A stretch of 45,720 bases of DNA from a virus. Taxonomy: Duplodnaviria > Caudoviricetes. The DNA is taken from the IMG/VR virus record IMGVR_UViG_3300024219_000001, positions 1 through 45,720 of that record; one strand, given 5' to 3'. The notes under the pieces are model-generated. The model saw only the letters and a program-made list of their open reading frames with translations, was not told where the DNA came from and searched no databases. Shown here one piece after another: positions 33,310-42,801 of this stretch (position 1 is its first letter; every line of letters begins with the position of its first letter). Position numbers and translations under genes: made by a program.

Positions 33310-34788
33310 CTACATGCCGCCCGCGCCGGGGTGGAGGTGGCTCAGCGCCTCGCCGACGGTCGGGCCGCTCTTCGCCTTCGGCTTCTTCGAGAACGCGCCC
33401 GGGCCAGGCTTCACGCCGAGGTCTTCTCCGATCGCGAGCTTGTGCAACGCGAGCTTGACCTCCTTGACGAGCTCGGGATCGCGCGGGTCGAGCCCGAGTT
33501 CCTGGCTCGCCTTCTTCAGGAGCCAGACGAGCGCCGCACGGTCGCCGCCCTCCTGGATGACCTTGGGGCCGTCGTCCGCGACGATCCCGCGCAACGTCCG
33601 CATGTCGCGCGCGCGCGTCTTCGCCGTGATCTGGCGGTAGCCGCCGGCCGTCCCGTCCTGTCCCTGCATCGGACCCGCCGCTGGGCTACCGCCAGAAGAC
33701 CCAGTGTACTTCGGTGCCTTGCCGGTGCTCGCCGTCCGGTTCGGCGCGGTCGCGGCGACCGACTTCGAGATCTCCTGCCCGGCCGAGCCCTTCGGGATCA
33801 TGTCCTGGACGTACGTCGGATCGCTAGGGTTCTCGCCCTTCGCCGCCTGCGCACCGAAGAGGATCGCCTCCAGCCCACGAAGCGATTCCTCGCCGTCGTG
33901 CTTCTCGCGGAAGCTCTGTGGCCTCGTGCGGCCCCACTCGCCCTTGGCGTCGGCGACCTTCTTCCGCAGCTTCTCCCGGAGCGACGGCACCTCGGCGCTG
34001 TCCGCCATCTTCTGGAGCATGCCGACGAGCTCGCCGGCCTTCGCGTCGGTCTCCTCCCACCCCGCGAGCCGCTTCTGGAGCTTGTTGTGCAGGTCGTACG
34101 CCTTCGCGACCTGCGCATGGATCGGACCCGGCGAGCGCCCGGTGCGAATCGCACCCTGGAGAGCCTCGGTCATGCTCTTCCCCATCGTGGGATCAATGAC
34201 GCCGTCCTTGACGCCCGCTAGGATCGCCTCGGCCTCCTGCTGGTAGGCGCGCGCCGTCACCCGCGACTTCTCGTCCGCGGCCTCCTTCGTGAGGAACTCG
34301 CGCGCCGCGGGCGGGCTCATGCGTTTCGCGAGCTCGATCTTCGGCGCGAACCGCTGTTGGCTCTCGGCGAGGCCCTTCGCCGCGTTCCCAATGAAGCGTG
34401 GGTTCAGGAGCCCGAACGGCCCGAGCGCGCCCTGCACGGACTTGACCGAATCGTGCAGCGCGTCCTCCACCGCGCGCTGGTCGGCGCCCTGCTGCATCTC
34501 CTTGAAGCCCTGCACGACCGCCTCGCGATCGGCCGCCTTCGACGCCTCACGCTCGCCGAGGACACTCGCCGTGTTCGACTCCCTCAGGAGCTGCGACTTC
34601 GCGCGCGTCTCCTGGATCTGAAGTTCACGCTCGCGCAGCGCCTCGGCGCGCTGTAGCTCGCTCTCGCGCTGCTTCTCCGCATGCACGTCGCGGAATCCCT
34701 GCGCAACCTGCTGCCCCGCATCGCCGACGTAGTCCCACCACGGGCGCGCGCCCGGCGTCATGTAGTCGCGGAAGCTGACGCGCGGCAT
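33310..34788 (-). CDS. Putative ejection protein (492 aa)
   Basis: Helical Q/E/K/A-rich sequence; follows the small ejection protein. Confidence 0.6.
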   Translation of the reverse strand: MPRVSFRDYMTPGARPWWDYVGDAGQQVAQGFRDVHAEKQRESELQRAEALRERELQIQETRAKSQLLRESNTASVLGEREASKAADREAVVQGFKEMQQGADQRAVEDALHDSVKSVQGALGPFGLLNPRFIGNAAKGLAESQQRFAPKIELAKRMSPPAAREFLTKEAADEKSRVTARAYQQEAEAILAGVKDGVIDPTMGKSMTEALQGAIRTGRSPGPIHAQVAKAYDLHNKLQKRLAGWEETDAKAGELVGMLQKMADSAEVPSLREKLRKKVADAKGEWGRTRPQSFREKHDGEESLRGLEAILFGAQAAKGENPSDPTYVQDMIPKGSAGQEISKSVAATAPNRTASTGKAPKYTGSSGGSPAAGPMQGQDGTAGGYRQITAKTRARDMRTLRGIVADDGPKVIQEGGDRAALVWLLKKASQELGLDPRDPELVKEVKLALHKLAIGEDLGVKPGPGAFSKKPKAKSGPTVGEALSHLHPGAGGM

Positions 34789-34791
34789 GGG

Positions 34792-35433
34792 CTAGTTGAA
34801 GACCGGCTTGTACCCAAATCCGCCCGAGAAGCGCGGCACTTGGGGTGCCGGTGCCGACGTAGCGCCAGGCGTCTTCTTCACCTTTGAAGGCGCGAAGTCC
34901 GTGCGCAAGACGCCGAGCTGTCGCTGGAAGTCCTGCCCGCGCCCGATCAGGGACGCGAGGTCGCCCGCTTGGCGCATCTCGGTCTGTCCCTCCGCGAGCC
35001 CGAGGTTCGCCATCGCAGCCGCGAGCTGCTGATCGATGTCGGCGAGTTGCTGGTTCACCTGGCCGCCGAGGTCCATCGCGGCGCCAGTCCCCGCGCTCGT
35101 TCCGATCAACCCGCGCCCGATGAGCCCCTGCGTTAGCTTCGCCTGATCCTGCGCGCCTCGGTTCAGGATCGTCTGACGCGCGTTCGTCGCGCCGAGCTCC
35201 GTCGCCTTCTTCGCGCCCGCGAACGCGCCGAGCTCCTTCTTCTGCCCGCTCTTTAGCTGAGCCTCCTGGAGCGCCTGGAAGAGCGCGTCCATCGAGCCAG
35301 CCTGATCGAGGAAGCCGAGCGCGTTCTGCTTCTCGCCCTCAGCCAGCTTGCGCGCTTGCGCCTCGCTCTTCTTCGCCTGTGAGCCAGCGAAGAGACTCGT
35401 ACCGGCACCGATCGCCGCTGCCCAGATCGGCAT
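34792..35433 (-). CDS. Small ejection (DNA transfer, P22 gp7-like) protein (213 aa)
   Basis: N-terminal WAAAIGAGTSLFAG followed by Q/A/G-rich helices; position after the nozzle. Confidence 0.7.
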   Translation of the reverse strand: MPIWAAAIGAGTSLFAGSQAKKSEAQARKLAEGEKQNALGFLDQAGSMDALFQALQEAQLKSGQKKELGAFAGAKKATELGATNARQTILNRGAQDQAKLTQGLIGRGLIGTSAGTGAAMDLGGQVNQQLADIDQQLAAAMANLGLAEGQTEMRQAGDLASLIGRGQDFQRQLGVLRTDFAPSKVKKTPGATSAPAPQVPRFSGGFGYKPVFN

Positions 35434-35436
35434 GGC

Positions 35437-36048
35437 CTAGCTCCGCGGAATGACGACCCTGATGGCTGCCTCGGACACCGCCACAGGATCGTCAACCCCG
35501 AGCCGCGCCGCAAGTAGGGCCACCTCAGAGCTCGGAAACCGCACCAGGCGGTCGTAGTCGATCTCGTAGTCGTAGGGGTGCGGGCCGCTCTCCTCGATCG
35601 CCGCGTTCCACCGGCGCATCACCGAGGCGCCAGGCTGGCGCGCGATTGACGCCTCCACGGCCTCCTTCGGCCGGCGCACGGCGATGACGAAGAGCCGGAG
35701 GCGCATGGCCGCGAGTTCGCACTCGATTCGGCCCATCGTCGCGCCGATGCAGAAGAGCCCACTCTTCATCCCGAAGCGCTGGCCGGTCACGCAGAACGCC
35801 TTGGAGTGCTCAAGCCGCGCCTTGACGTAGCTGTGGAAGTCGAAGAGGTCGAGCGGGTCGCGCCCACACATGACGCTCGCGCCCATGCGAAGTGTCAGCT
35901 CGGCATCCTCCCAGTCGAAGCGGAAGTCCGGAGCCACAGGCGCCAAGAACGTGCTCCCCATCGGCCACCCGAGAACGTGGACGACCTCGGCGACGGCGGC
36001 ACTCCCCGAGCGGCACGGCCCGGAGACGAGGACGACGTCCGGCCTCAC
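35437..36048 (-). CDS. Sulfotransferase-family P-loop protein (203 aa)
   Basis: VLVSGPCRSGS (5'-PSB loop), WED, FGMK, RRPKEAVEAS (3'-PB) and IDYDRLVRFP...LAARLG motifs. Confidence 0.75.
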   Translation of the reverse strand: MRPDVVLVSGPCRSGSAAVAEVVHVLGWPMGSTFLAPVAPDFRFDWEDAELTLRMGASVMCGRDPLDLFDFHSYVKARLEHSKAFCVTGQRFGMKSGLFCIGATMGRIECELAAMRLRLFVIAVRRPKEAVEASIARQPGASVMRRWNAAIEESGPHPYDYEIDYDRLVRFPSSEVALLAARLGVDDPVAVSEAAIRVVIPRS

Positions 36049-36308
36049 TTGCCCTGAAGCAACCGCACCACGAGGTTGAGCCGCTTGCCGACGTCCTCCA
36101 GCGTCAGCCCATCGAGCACGAGCGGCGCGATTCCATCGAGCGCCGCGACCCGCGAGCGCCCAGCGTTGTTGCGCTGGATCGTCGTCTCGTCCTCGTCGCC
36201 CGTCGTCAGCGTCGCGCGCGCGTTGCGCCCGTGCCGAGGGTCTCGGTTGCCGAGCAGCCGGCTGGCCGATGCGGCGGCGTTGCGACCTGCGCGCGGAAGG
36301 CTAGCCAC
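36045..36308 (-). CDS. Hypothetical virion protein (87 aa)
   Basis: Overlaps neighbours at both ends; amphipathic C-terminal helix. Confidence 0.5.
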   Translation of the reverse strand: MASLPRAGRNAAASASRLLGNRDPRHGRNARATLTTGDEDETTIQRNNAGRSRVAALDGIAPLVLDGLTLEDVGKRLNLVVRLLQGK

Positions 36309-36642
36309 CTTCGTAGCACCTCTGGCACACGGAGAACGGGCCAGGGCCACCACCTTCGTCCCAGAGAGGCTCGTCGTGCTTCACGCACCAACGGTGCCGC
36401 GGATCGGTCGCCTCCGCCGCCCGAGCGTTCCGCAGCGTTCTAGCTACAGCCGACAGTGCGACGACCTTCTGGCAGAACGAGCAGCGCCACTCTCCGTCAG
36501 CACCGAGCGCGTGCTGGTTGTCGCAAGCGCACGGCTTCGGATCGGCCCAGATGGCGTCCTCAAGTGACCGCCAAATCTTCTCGGCTTGCTCCTGCACTAG
36601 CGACCTGTATCGATCGCCGCGACTGGTCCACTGCTCGGCCAT
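36301..36642 (-). CDS. Zn-finger hypothetical protein (moron-like)
   Basis: CAC, CSFC, C..H, CQRC; TAGGCT 6 nt before ATG. Confidence 0.6.
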   Translation of the reverse strand: MAEQWTSRGDRYRSLVQEQAEKIWRSLEDAIWADPKPCACDNQHALGADGEWRCSFCQKVVALSAVARTLRNARAAEATDPRHRWCVKHDEPLWDEGGGPGPFSVCQRCYEGG

Positions 36643-36651
36643 GGGCTCAGC

Positions 36652-39600
36652 CTAACTGGTCCGGTTGAACTGTGAGCCCACAGCCACGAGATCCGCCTCC
36701 GCCCGCTCGAACGCCCACGAGCGGCCCGCCAACGCAGAGCGGATCCGCAGGAACAAGTTCGCCGAGCGCGCCCGCGCGCGGAACGGGTTGTTGAGCCCTG
36801 GCCGCAGGTCAGTTGACGCCAAGATGGGCCCCAGTTGCACGCCATCTTCGCTCCCGAAGATCTCCAGGTGCGCCCCCTGCCGATCGTCCGCAAGCACGAC
36901 CTGCGTCGAGTTCAGCCGGTGCTCCAGCATCGAAGCGCCGCGGTTGATCGGCCCGATGAGAACGAAGGAGTCAATCGGAACGCCGTCGTCGTCCTTCGCT
37001 GCCGGGTCCACCATCCGCACGTAGCCGTCCTCGCAGCCGATCAGGAGCCCGCGCGTCGAGTCGCCCGCGAGGAAGCTCGACGCCGTCGCCTGCACGCTCG
37101 CGCTGCCCGCGCGGTCGGTCCAGATCGCCCCGCCCTTGACGAGCGCGTGCGTCTTCTCCTCGTAAAACCACGAGTTGACGATCGTCCCGCCCGCCCCGTG
37201 AGGCACTTGGTAGATCGCGACGCCCTTCTGGATCGGATCCCACGCGAGCTCGATCCGGTGCGTCGAGAAGTCGATTTCTGCGAGCTCGGTCTCCTCGATC
37301 GTGTAGCGCGTCAAGCTCTGCGGCCCAGCCTGCGGGTCGAGCAGGTACAGCCCAGGCGGGTTCCCGAAGAAGAACGCACGTCCAGCCGCGTCCTTGCACC
37401 AGCTCAGCCCGAACGTGCCGCCGATGTCGTCCGACACCTTGTCGATCTGCCCGCCGTCCATTGGGTCGCCCGTCAAGCGCAGGATGCGGCTCTCGCCGAG
37501 CACGAACAGCAGGTCATCCGAGTACGGGATCAGCGCAACAATCGAGTCCTCGACCTCGCCCGCGCGCGTCAGGCTCGCGTCGAACGCCTGCGTCGAGAGC
37601 GACACCGGCGGGCGGAAGTTCCAGTCGCGGATGTCTCCGATCGCGCTCGCCGCGTAGCGCCCCGGCTTGTCCGCCATGCGCGCGAGCACCAGCCGGTGCC
37701 GCCACATGCACCCGAGCTTCGCCCGCGGCGGGATCTCGCCCGCACTCGTCGCCTCCAGCGTGCTCACGGTCCCATCGAGCAGGCTGTACGCCTTGTACCC
37801 GAGGCCGTCCACCACGACGATCTCGCGGTCAGCCTGGAACGCGCTCACGTACTGGCTCGTCGCGTCCACCGCGCCGCTGCCGCCGCTCGGCACGGTCACG
37901 CCAACCTCGTCCAGCGTCTTGATGTCGTCCTCCACCACCGCGAGCGTCACGACCGTGCGCGGGCTCCCGCTCGCGACCGACGCCACGGACACGAGCTGAA
38001 CCTTCCACACGCTGTCGGGATCAGCCGCTTCCTTCGTCGCCGCGAAGAGGTAGGCGACGTCCGCGACCTTCACGGTCAGATCCGTGCGGTAGTCCGGCAC
38101 GAGCTCGTCCGGCGGCAGCGCCACGGCGAACGCGAGCGATGAGCCGCTCGGCAGCAGCACCTCGGAGAGCACGACCGCGAGCCCTGCACTCGGCGCTAGC
38201 TCCAGCACAGTCAGCGTGCGAATCGTACCGGCCCCGGTGTTGTGGCCCGGCACGAACAGGTTCCCGAACTTGTCCGCCCTGACCTTCGGCCGGAAGTACG
38301 TGAGCTCGGCGCCGCCCGCCCATGAGTGTTTCCACGCGCCGTCCGCCGCGAGCCCGCTGAAGTCCGCGCCCTGGTCGATCACCTTGCGCACGTCGATCGT
38401 GGACGCGCTGAGCGAGCTGTTCGAGTACGCCGGTTGGCTGCCGAGGCTCCATACCGCGGTCACCCCGTCGATCGTGCGCGCCTCGACCGCGTAGCCAACC
38501 CCGCCCGCCGCCGTCGTGTCGTCGTGCGTACACCAGTTCCAGACCCACTGGAGCACGCCTTGGCTGTCGTGCTTCGACACCAGCGCGAACGTGTTCAGTA
38601 GCTGCCCGAACGGCGCGTACAGGCCGCCCACCCCAGGCTTCGGCGGCCCACCGACGCGCGCGTTCCCGGCCCCGAACGTGATGTTGTTCCGCGCGTAGAA
38701 GTGCGTGAAATTCCCGAACCCAACCTCTGCGCCCTCGTTGTTGCGCAGGATCTGACCGAGGCCCCACTTGTACGCGAGGTACGCCTCGATCCGCGTCACG
38801 CTGTTGTCGGTCTGCGCCGTGTCCGCGGTGCCCTTCTCGAAGGCGTCGTAGCTCAGCACCTTCGGCTCGGTCGTGCTCGTCGGGTCCTTGCGCCAGATCA
38901 CGATCTTCTCGGCGAGCTCGCCCTGGAAGCGCCGCGCGATGTCCATCCCGGTCGCGAAGATCGTCGTTGGCGCCGCGCCGAGCCAACTCGGTTGCGTCGT
39001 CTCGAACGCGAGCCCCTCGAAGCGATCGACCGGCCGCCCGTTCACGCGGAACAGGCATCGTGTCTTCGTCGTGTCGTTCGGCTGCACGCCACCGTCCCAC
39101 AGCACCGTCACGATGACCGCGCCCGCTACGTCCGGCGTACCGAAGTCCTTGAATGGGAACGCGAGCGCTTGCGGCGTCGGCCCCGCGCACTGCCCAGCGT
39201 CGCCCGTGTTGTCCGTCGTCGCGTAGTAGCTGACGTTCCCTTTGGAGTAGACGCCCGGGACCACAGCGCCGCAGTCGCGGTTCACGAAGAGGACGTGATC
39301 GCTCGCGCCGCCGCCCGCCTCGTTCTTCATCGCCCACAGCGTGCGCGGGCTCGGCGTCGTCGCGTCGTCGTCCTGCGTAGGCCGGAACACGAGGAACATG
39401 CACCACATGCCGCCCGTGTAGCCAGGCACCGGCGTCCTCTGCTGCGACGCGAGCACCGCCTCGACCGATGCGTTCCCGACCGATACCAGACTGTTCTTGA
39501 AGCTGCCGACGTTCCGGAAGAAGAGGCACGGCCGGCCAGCGATGCCACGCTTCCTGTACTCGGGCCCGGTCTCGCCGACGACCTCCAGGCTGCCCGCGTA

Positions 39601-40650
39601 GTAGTGCCGGCCGTTCCCACTCTTGTCGCGCCAGCGGAGGACTTCCTTGCCGTCTTCGAGCTCGCCGTCCTCAACGTCCGCCTCGCCGAGTGAGTCAGGA
39701 TCGTCCCCGTCGAACCACGAGCCGATGACGAAGTCGCCGGCCGCAGCCCCGTCCGTAGGCAGCCACCCGACGAGCGGCGGGTGCGTGAACGCGCTCTTGG
39801 CCACGCTCGGGTCGCCGAGCCTCGGCCCGGTGTCCACTACGCTCCGCTGCGCATCAGGCGACGAGCAGTAGACGCTCCCATCCGCGCCGAGCGTCATGTC
39901 CGACACCGGGTACGCGATGTGGTCGATCCGTGCCGTTTCCTCCGCTTGCAGCGCGAGGTTCTCGTACACGAGCACGCGCGCGCGGTTCTCCAGCGGGTAG
40001 TTGTGCGCCGCGTAGAGCTGGCTCGCGCGGTACACCCTCAGGCTCTCGGTATACGCGCCAGGCGTCAGCTCCCAGAGCACCTGATACTGGTTCGGATCAT
40101 CGACCTCTGTGCCAGGCGCCGGGCGTTGCAGCACGCAGAACACCTTGGCCGTGCGCACGTCGCCACCCTCGCTCACGCCGGCGAAGATGCGGTCCGACTC
40201 GTCCACCCACAGCGCGCGCACCACATGCGCCTTGTCCGCGACCGGCAGCGCGATCTTCATCACGAGGCGCCCGGCGCTGTTGAACTTCGCGATGCCAGCC
40301 GCACCGTCGAGCGCGTACACGTTTCCGCTCCGGTCCGTGCGACCCGCGATGCAGTTCGACTTGGAAGGTGTCTGCTGGCTCCACGGCGTAGTCTCCTGCC
40401 CGGCCGTGAACGAGTAGGCGATCTTCCGATCGTCGGTCGCGGTGCTGCACAACGCCTTGATCTTCCCGCTGCCGATCGCCGCCGGGCAGAACTTCGACAG
40501 CCCAGCGCGCTGCGCACCACGCATGCGCCCGAGGATCGGGTCACGCACGCGCACGTTGCGCGCGCTCCGCGTCGTCAGCTCAGGCTGAGCGTGCAGCGCG
40601 GAAGCGTCGGATCTTCCGGCATAAGGCCACTGAATGGGCTTCTTCGTCAC
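36652..40650 (-). CDS. Tail nozzle/hub protein (P22 gp10/T7 gp12-like) with beta-propeller and LamG-like insertion (1332 aa)
   Basis: GTG start overlaps the adaptor stop; C-terminal propeller (WRHRLVLA, S.IGD..DW, IVALIPY.DDLL.VLGE..I..L.GDP); internal WRDKSGNG...IEAYLAYKWGL domain. Confidence 0.75.
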   Translation of the reverse strand: MTKKPIQWPYAGRSDASALHAQPELTTRSARNVRVRDPILGRMRGAQRAGLSKFCPAAIGSGKIKALCSTATDDRKIAYSFTAGQETTPWSQQTPSKSNCIAGRTDRSGNVYALDGAAGIAKFNSAGRLVMKIALPVADKAHVVRALWVDESDRIFAGVSEGGDVRTAKVFCVLQRPAPGTEVDDPNQYQVLWELTPGAYTESLRVYRASQLYAAHNYPLENRARVLVYENLALQAEETARIDHIAYPVSDMTLGADGSVYCSSPDAQRSVVDTGPRLGDPSVAKSAFTHPPLVGWLPTDGAAAGDFVIGSWFDGDDPDSLGEADVEDGELEDGKEVLRWRDKSGNGRHYYAGSLEVVGETGPEYRKRGIAGRPCLFFRNVGSFKNSLVSVGNASVEAVLASQQRTPVPGYTGGMWCMFLVFRPTQDDDATTPSPRTLWAMKNEAGGGASDHVLFVNRDCGAVVPGVYSKGNVSYYATTDNTGDAGQCAGPTPQALAFPFKDFGTPDVAGAVIVTVLWDGGVQPNDTTKTRCLFRVNGRPVDRFEGLAFETTQPSWLGAAPTTIFATGMDIARRFQGELAEKIVIWRKDPTSTTEPKVLSYDAFEKGTADTAQTDNSVTRIEAYLAYKWGLGQILRNNEGAEVGFGNFTHFYARNNITFGAGNARVGGPPKPGVGGLYAPFGQLLNTFALVSKHDSQGVLQWVWNWCTHDDTTAAGGVGYAVEARTIDGVTAVWSLGSQPAYSNSSLSASTIDVRKVIDQGADFSGLAADGAWKHSWAGGAELTYFRPKVRADKFGNLFVPGHNTGAGTIRTLTVLELAPSAGLAVVLSEVLLPSGSSLAFAVALPPDELVPDYRTDLTVKVADVAYLFAATKEAADPDSVWKVQLVSVASVASGSPRTVVTLAVVEDDIKTLDEVGVTVPSGGSGAVDATSQYVSAFQADREIVVVDGLGYKAYSLLDGTVSTLEATSAGEIPPRAKLGCMWRHRLVLARMADKPGRYAASAIGDIRDWNFRPPVSLSTQAFDASLTRAGEVEDSIVALIPYSDDLLFVLGESRILRLTGDPMDGGQIDKVSDDIGGTFGLSWCKDAAGRAFFFGNPPGLYLLDPQAGPQSLTRYTIEETELAEIDFSTHRIELAWDPIQKGVAIYQVPHGAGGTIVNSWFYEEKTHALVKGGAIWTDRAGSASVQATASSFLAGDSTRGLLIGCEDGYVRMVDPAAKDDDGVPIDSFVLIGPINRGASMLEHRLNSTQVVLADDRQGAHLEIFGSEDGVQLGPILASTDLRPGLNNPFRARARSANLFLRIRSALAGRSWAFERAEADLVAVGSQFNRTS

Positions 40651-41630
40651 GGCATGGGGGCGACATTTTGCCCACGGTTGAACCTTGACACGTAGCCAGC
40701 CTCGGGATCCATCAGCCATCCGTTCTGTAGCGCGCCGAGCGACGGCATCAGGATCGAGTCGCGCTCACGCGCAACGCGGAACACAGGCCCCGCCTCGATC
40801 AGCGCCAGGCGCGTCGAGATCGGCGCGATGTCCTTCTCCTCCGTTCCGACCGCGAACGCCTTCAGGATCTCGATGTAGAGCGCGTTCAGCCACCCGCTCA
40901 TCGGGAGCGGCAGCGGCGTCCCGTCGTCCTCGGGCGTCGCCCAGCCAGCGCGATAGAAGATCGTGAACTGCTCGGTACCGTCGCCCGAGCTCGGCCAGTG
41001 CTCCATGCGCGGAATCAGGCGCCCGTCAGTCGTGCTCGCGTGCACGTAGTTGAAGATCGCCCAGAACGAGAACGTCTGCATGCCGACGTTGGTCACGCGC
41101 GAGTCCAGGAACGTCTGCGTGCCGCGCATGCTCAGCGCGGCCACGAGTCCGTTCGACGCCGCGTACGCCGTGATCCGCTGCAAGTCGAAGTCGCTCGGCA
41201 GCTCGACCTGGTCGTTCGGCATTACGCCGATGATGTCCGTCTGCCCGTCGGCCGCGCTCCCGATCGAACGCGCCAGCACGATCGCATCGTCGCTCGTGCG
41301 TGACTCGATCTCGTAGTAGGCGACCGTGGCGCCCGTCCCGCTCGTAAGCTGGAACACGTCGCCCGAGAGGAAGTCGTAGTCCGCGAACAGGCCAGTTTGG
41401 GTCAGCGTGCGCGTCGCCTCAGTCCACGTCGCGCCCGTCGTCGAGATGACGACCCGGCTCCGCAGCCGCGCCATGCGCCCCTCCAGCCACTTCCACGAGT
41501 GCATCGACACCAGGTGATGCCCGGCCTGGTCCACGAACTCGCGAGTCTCCAGCGGGCTCTTCGGCGTGGCGCCGAGCTCGCGCTCTATGATCTGCTCGCA
41601 GAGCTGCACGGTGAGCGGGCTAGATGTCAT
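40647..41630 (-). CDS. Head-tail adaptor/tail tubular protein A-like (327 aa)
   Basis: GGAGG RBS before ATG 41630; FVDQAGHHLVSMHSWKWL and ELPSDF motifs; internal beta insertion. Confidence 0.7.
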   Translation of the reverse strand: MTSSPLTVQLCEQIIERELGATPKSPLETREFVDQAGHHLVSMHSWKWLEGRMARLRSRVVISTTGATWTEATRTLTQTGLFADYDFLSGDVFQLTSGTGATVAYYEIESRTSDDAIVLARSIGSAADGQTDIIGVMPNDQVELPSDFDLQRITAYAASNGLVAALSMRGTQTFLDSRVTNVGMQTFSFWAIFNYVHASTTDGRLIPRMEHWPSSGDGTEQFTIFYRAGWATPEDDGTPLPLPMSGWLNALYIEILKAFAVGTEEKDIAPISTRLALIEAGPVFRVARERDSILMPSLGALQNGWLMDPEAGYVSRFNRGQNVAPMP

Positions 41631-41836
41631 CACGCCTCCAACTGCGCACCGCGCAGGCTGTTGCACGCCGCGTCTTGCATCCCACCGTCGGTCTCGTCCT
41701 GGAGCCGCAGCGCGTCCGCGAACGGCCACACGCCGGTCACGCCGCGGTGCCGCCACTCGTTCCCGTGCCCGAACCACCCGCGCAGCCTCAGGAAGAGCAC
41801 GAGCTCCGTGTGGGTCGGGCGGGTCTCCGTCACCAT
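41630..41836 (-). CDS. Hypothetical protein (68 aa, moron-like)
   Basis: TAGCCT 7 nt before ATG. Confidence 0.6.
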   Translation of the reverse strand: MVTETRPTHTELVLFLRLRGWFGHGNEWRHRGVTGVWPFADALRLQDETDGGMQDAACNSLRGAQLEA

Positions 41837-41863
41837 GCGCGCGAGGCTACCCGCGCGCGCCGC

Positions 41864-42163
41864 TCAGGACAACGCCGCAGGGAAGCCGACCGAGAGCGCC
41901 CGCTTCAGCGCCTGCGCCAGCGTCACGCCACGCTGCGTCGCGCACGGCTGCCCCGCCACCGGCCAGTAGCTCACCTCGTACATCGAGTCGCGCGGTGGGC
42001 GCGGAAGCCCCATCTTCTCCGCGAGCAGGCAGCGACCTTCGTAGCTCGACATCGGCTCGACGATGATGCGGAGTTCGCACGCGCGCCGATGCAGCGACCC
42101 CGGCGGAGTGTCGATGTGCAGCTCGCGCAGGAGGCGCCAGAGAAGCCAGGTCGTTCGGATCAT
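41864..42163 (-). CDS. Hypothetical protein (99 aa, moron-like)
   Basis: TAGGCT 7 nt before ATG 42163. Confidence 0.55.
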   Translation of the reverse strand: MIRTTWLLWRLLRELHIDTPPGSLHRRACELRIIVEPMSSYEGRCLLAEKMGLPRPPRDSMYEVSYWPVAGQPCATQRGVTLAQALKRALSVGFPAALS

Positions 42164-42186
42164 GCCGACGAGCCTACCGAAACGAG

Positions 42187-42221
42187 CCAGGCTCGCCAGG
42201 GTCAACTCCCGGCGAGCCTGG
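42187..42221 (-). terminator. Strong hairpin after capsid genes (terminator or processing site)
   Basis: CCAGGCTCGCC...GGCGAGCCTGG inverted repeat; the U-tract is weak. Confidence 0.55.
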
Positions 42222-42246
42222 ACTTCCCATCGCGGGCGACGACGCC

Positions 42247-42783
42247 CTAGGTCAGACCCTTGATGGACGAGATCGTGCCGAAGCCATTAATGCCGTCCCA
42301 CCAGCCGTCCGTCAGCCCGGCGCCCGTGCGCGCGGTCAACGGAATGAACACGACTTTGTGCGGCACAGCCGCGTCGGTCGCGTTCGTCACGCTGGTGGCG
42401 ATGGCCACGTACTCCTTCGCCGTCTCGATGACGCCGATGAAGGTGGCGAGCACCACCGTGGTCTCGACCGACACCGCGTCGCAGGCGCCACGCAGGCGGA
42501 AGCGAATCGGCGACGTGTTGTCGTCCACGGCGACCTGCTGCACTACCCCGAAGATGCCCGTGGAAAGGTAGTGCCCACGCGCGTCCCCGAGCAGAGGAAC
42601 CACGATGTTCGCCAGCCCCGCCGTGCTTGCGCCCGGCGAGTTGGTCGTGCTCGCGGCATCGACCCTCGTGTTGTCGAGACGCTCGACGTCACCGACCGCA
42701 ACGTCCGAGCCCGTGCGATTCGTGACGAGGATGTCGATCGGGTCGGGCCCTTGCCAGCCGTACTGACTCTGAATGTTGGTCAT
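42247..42783 (-). CDS. Capsid decoration/cement-like protein (178 aa)
   Basis: AAGGAG RBS; directly after the capsid gene; VTNRTGSDVAVGDV and GIFGVV motifs. Confidence 0.65.
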   Translation of the reverse strand: MTNIQSQYGWQGPDPIDILVTNRTGSDVAVGDVERLDNTRVDAASTTNSPGASTAGLANIVVPLLGDARGHYLSTGIFGVVQQVAVDDNTSPIRFRLRGACDAVSVETTVVLATFIGVIETAKEYVAIATSVTNATDAAVPHKVVFIPLTARTGAGLTDGWWDGINGFGTISSIKGLT

Positions 42784-42801
42784 GGAATCAGCTCCTTCTG
42801 G

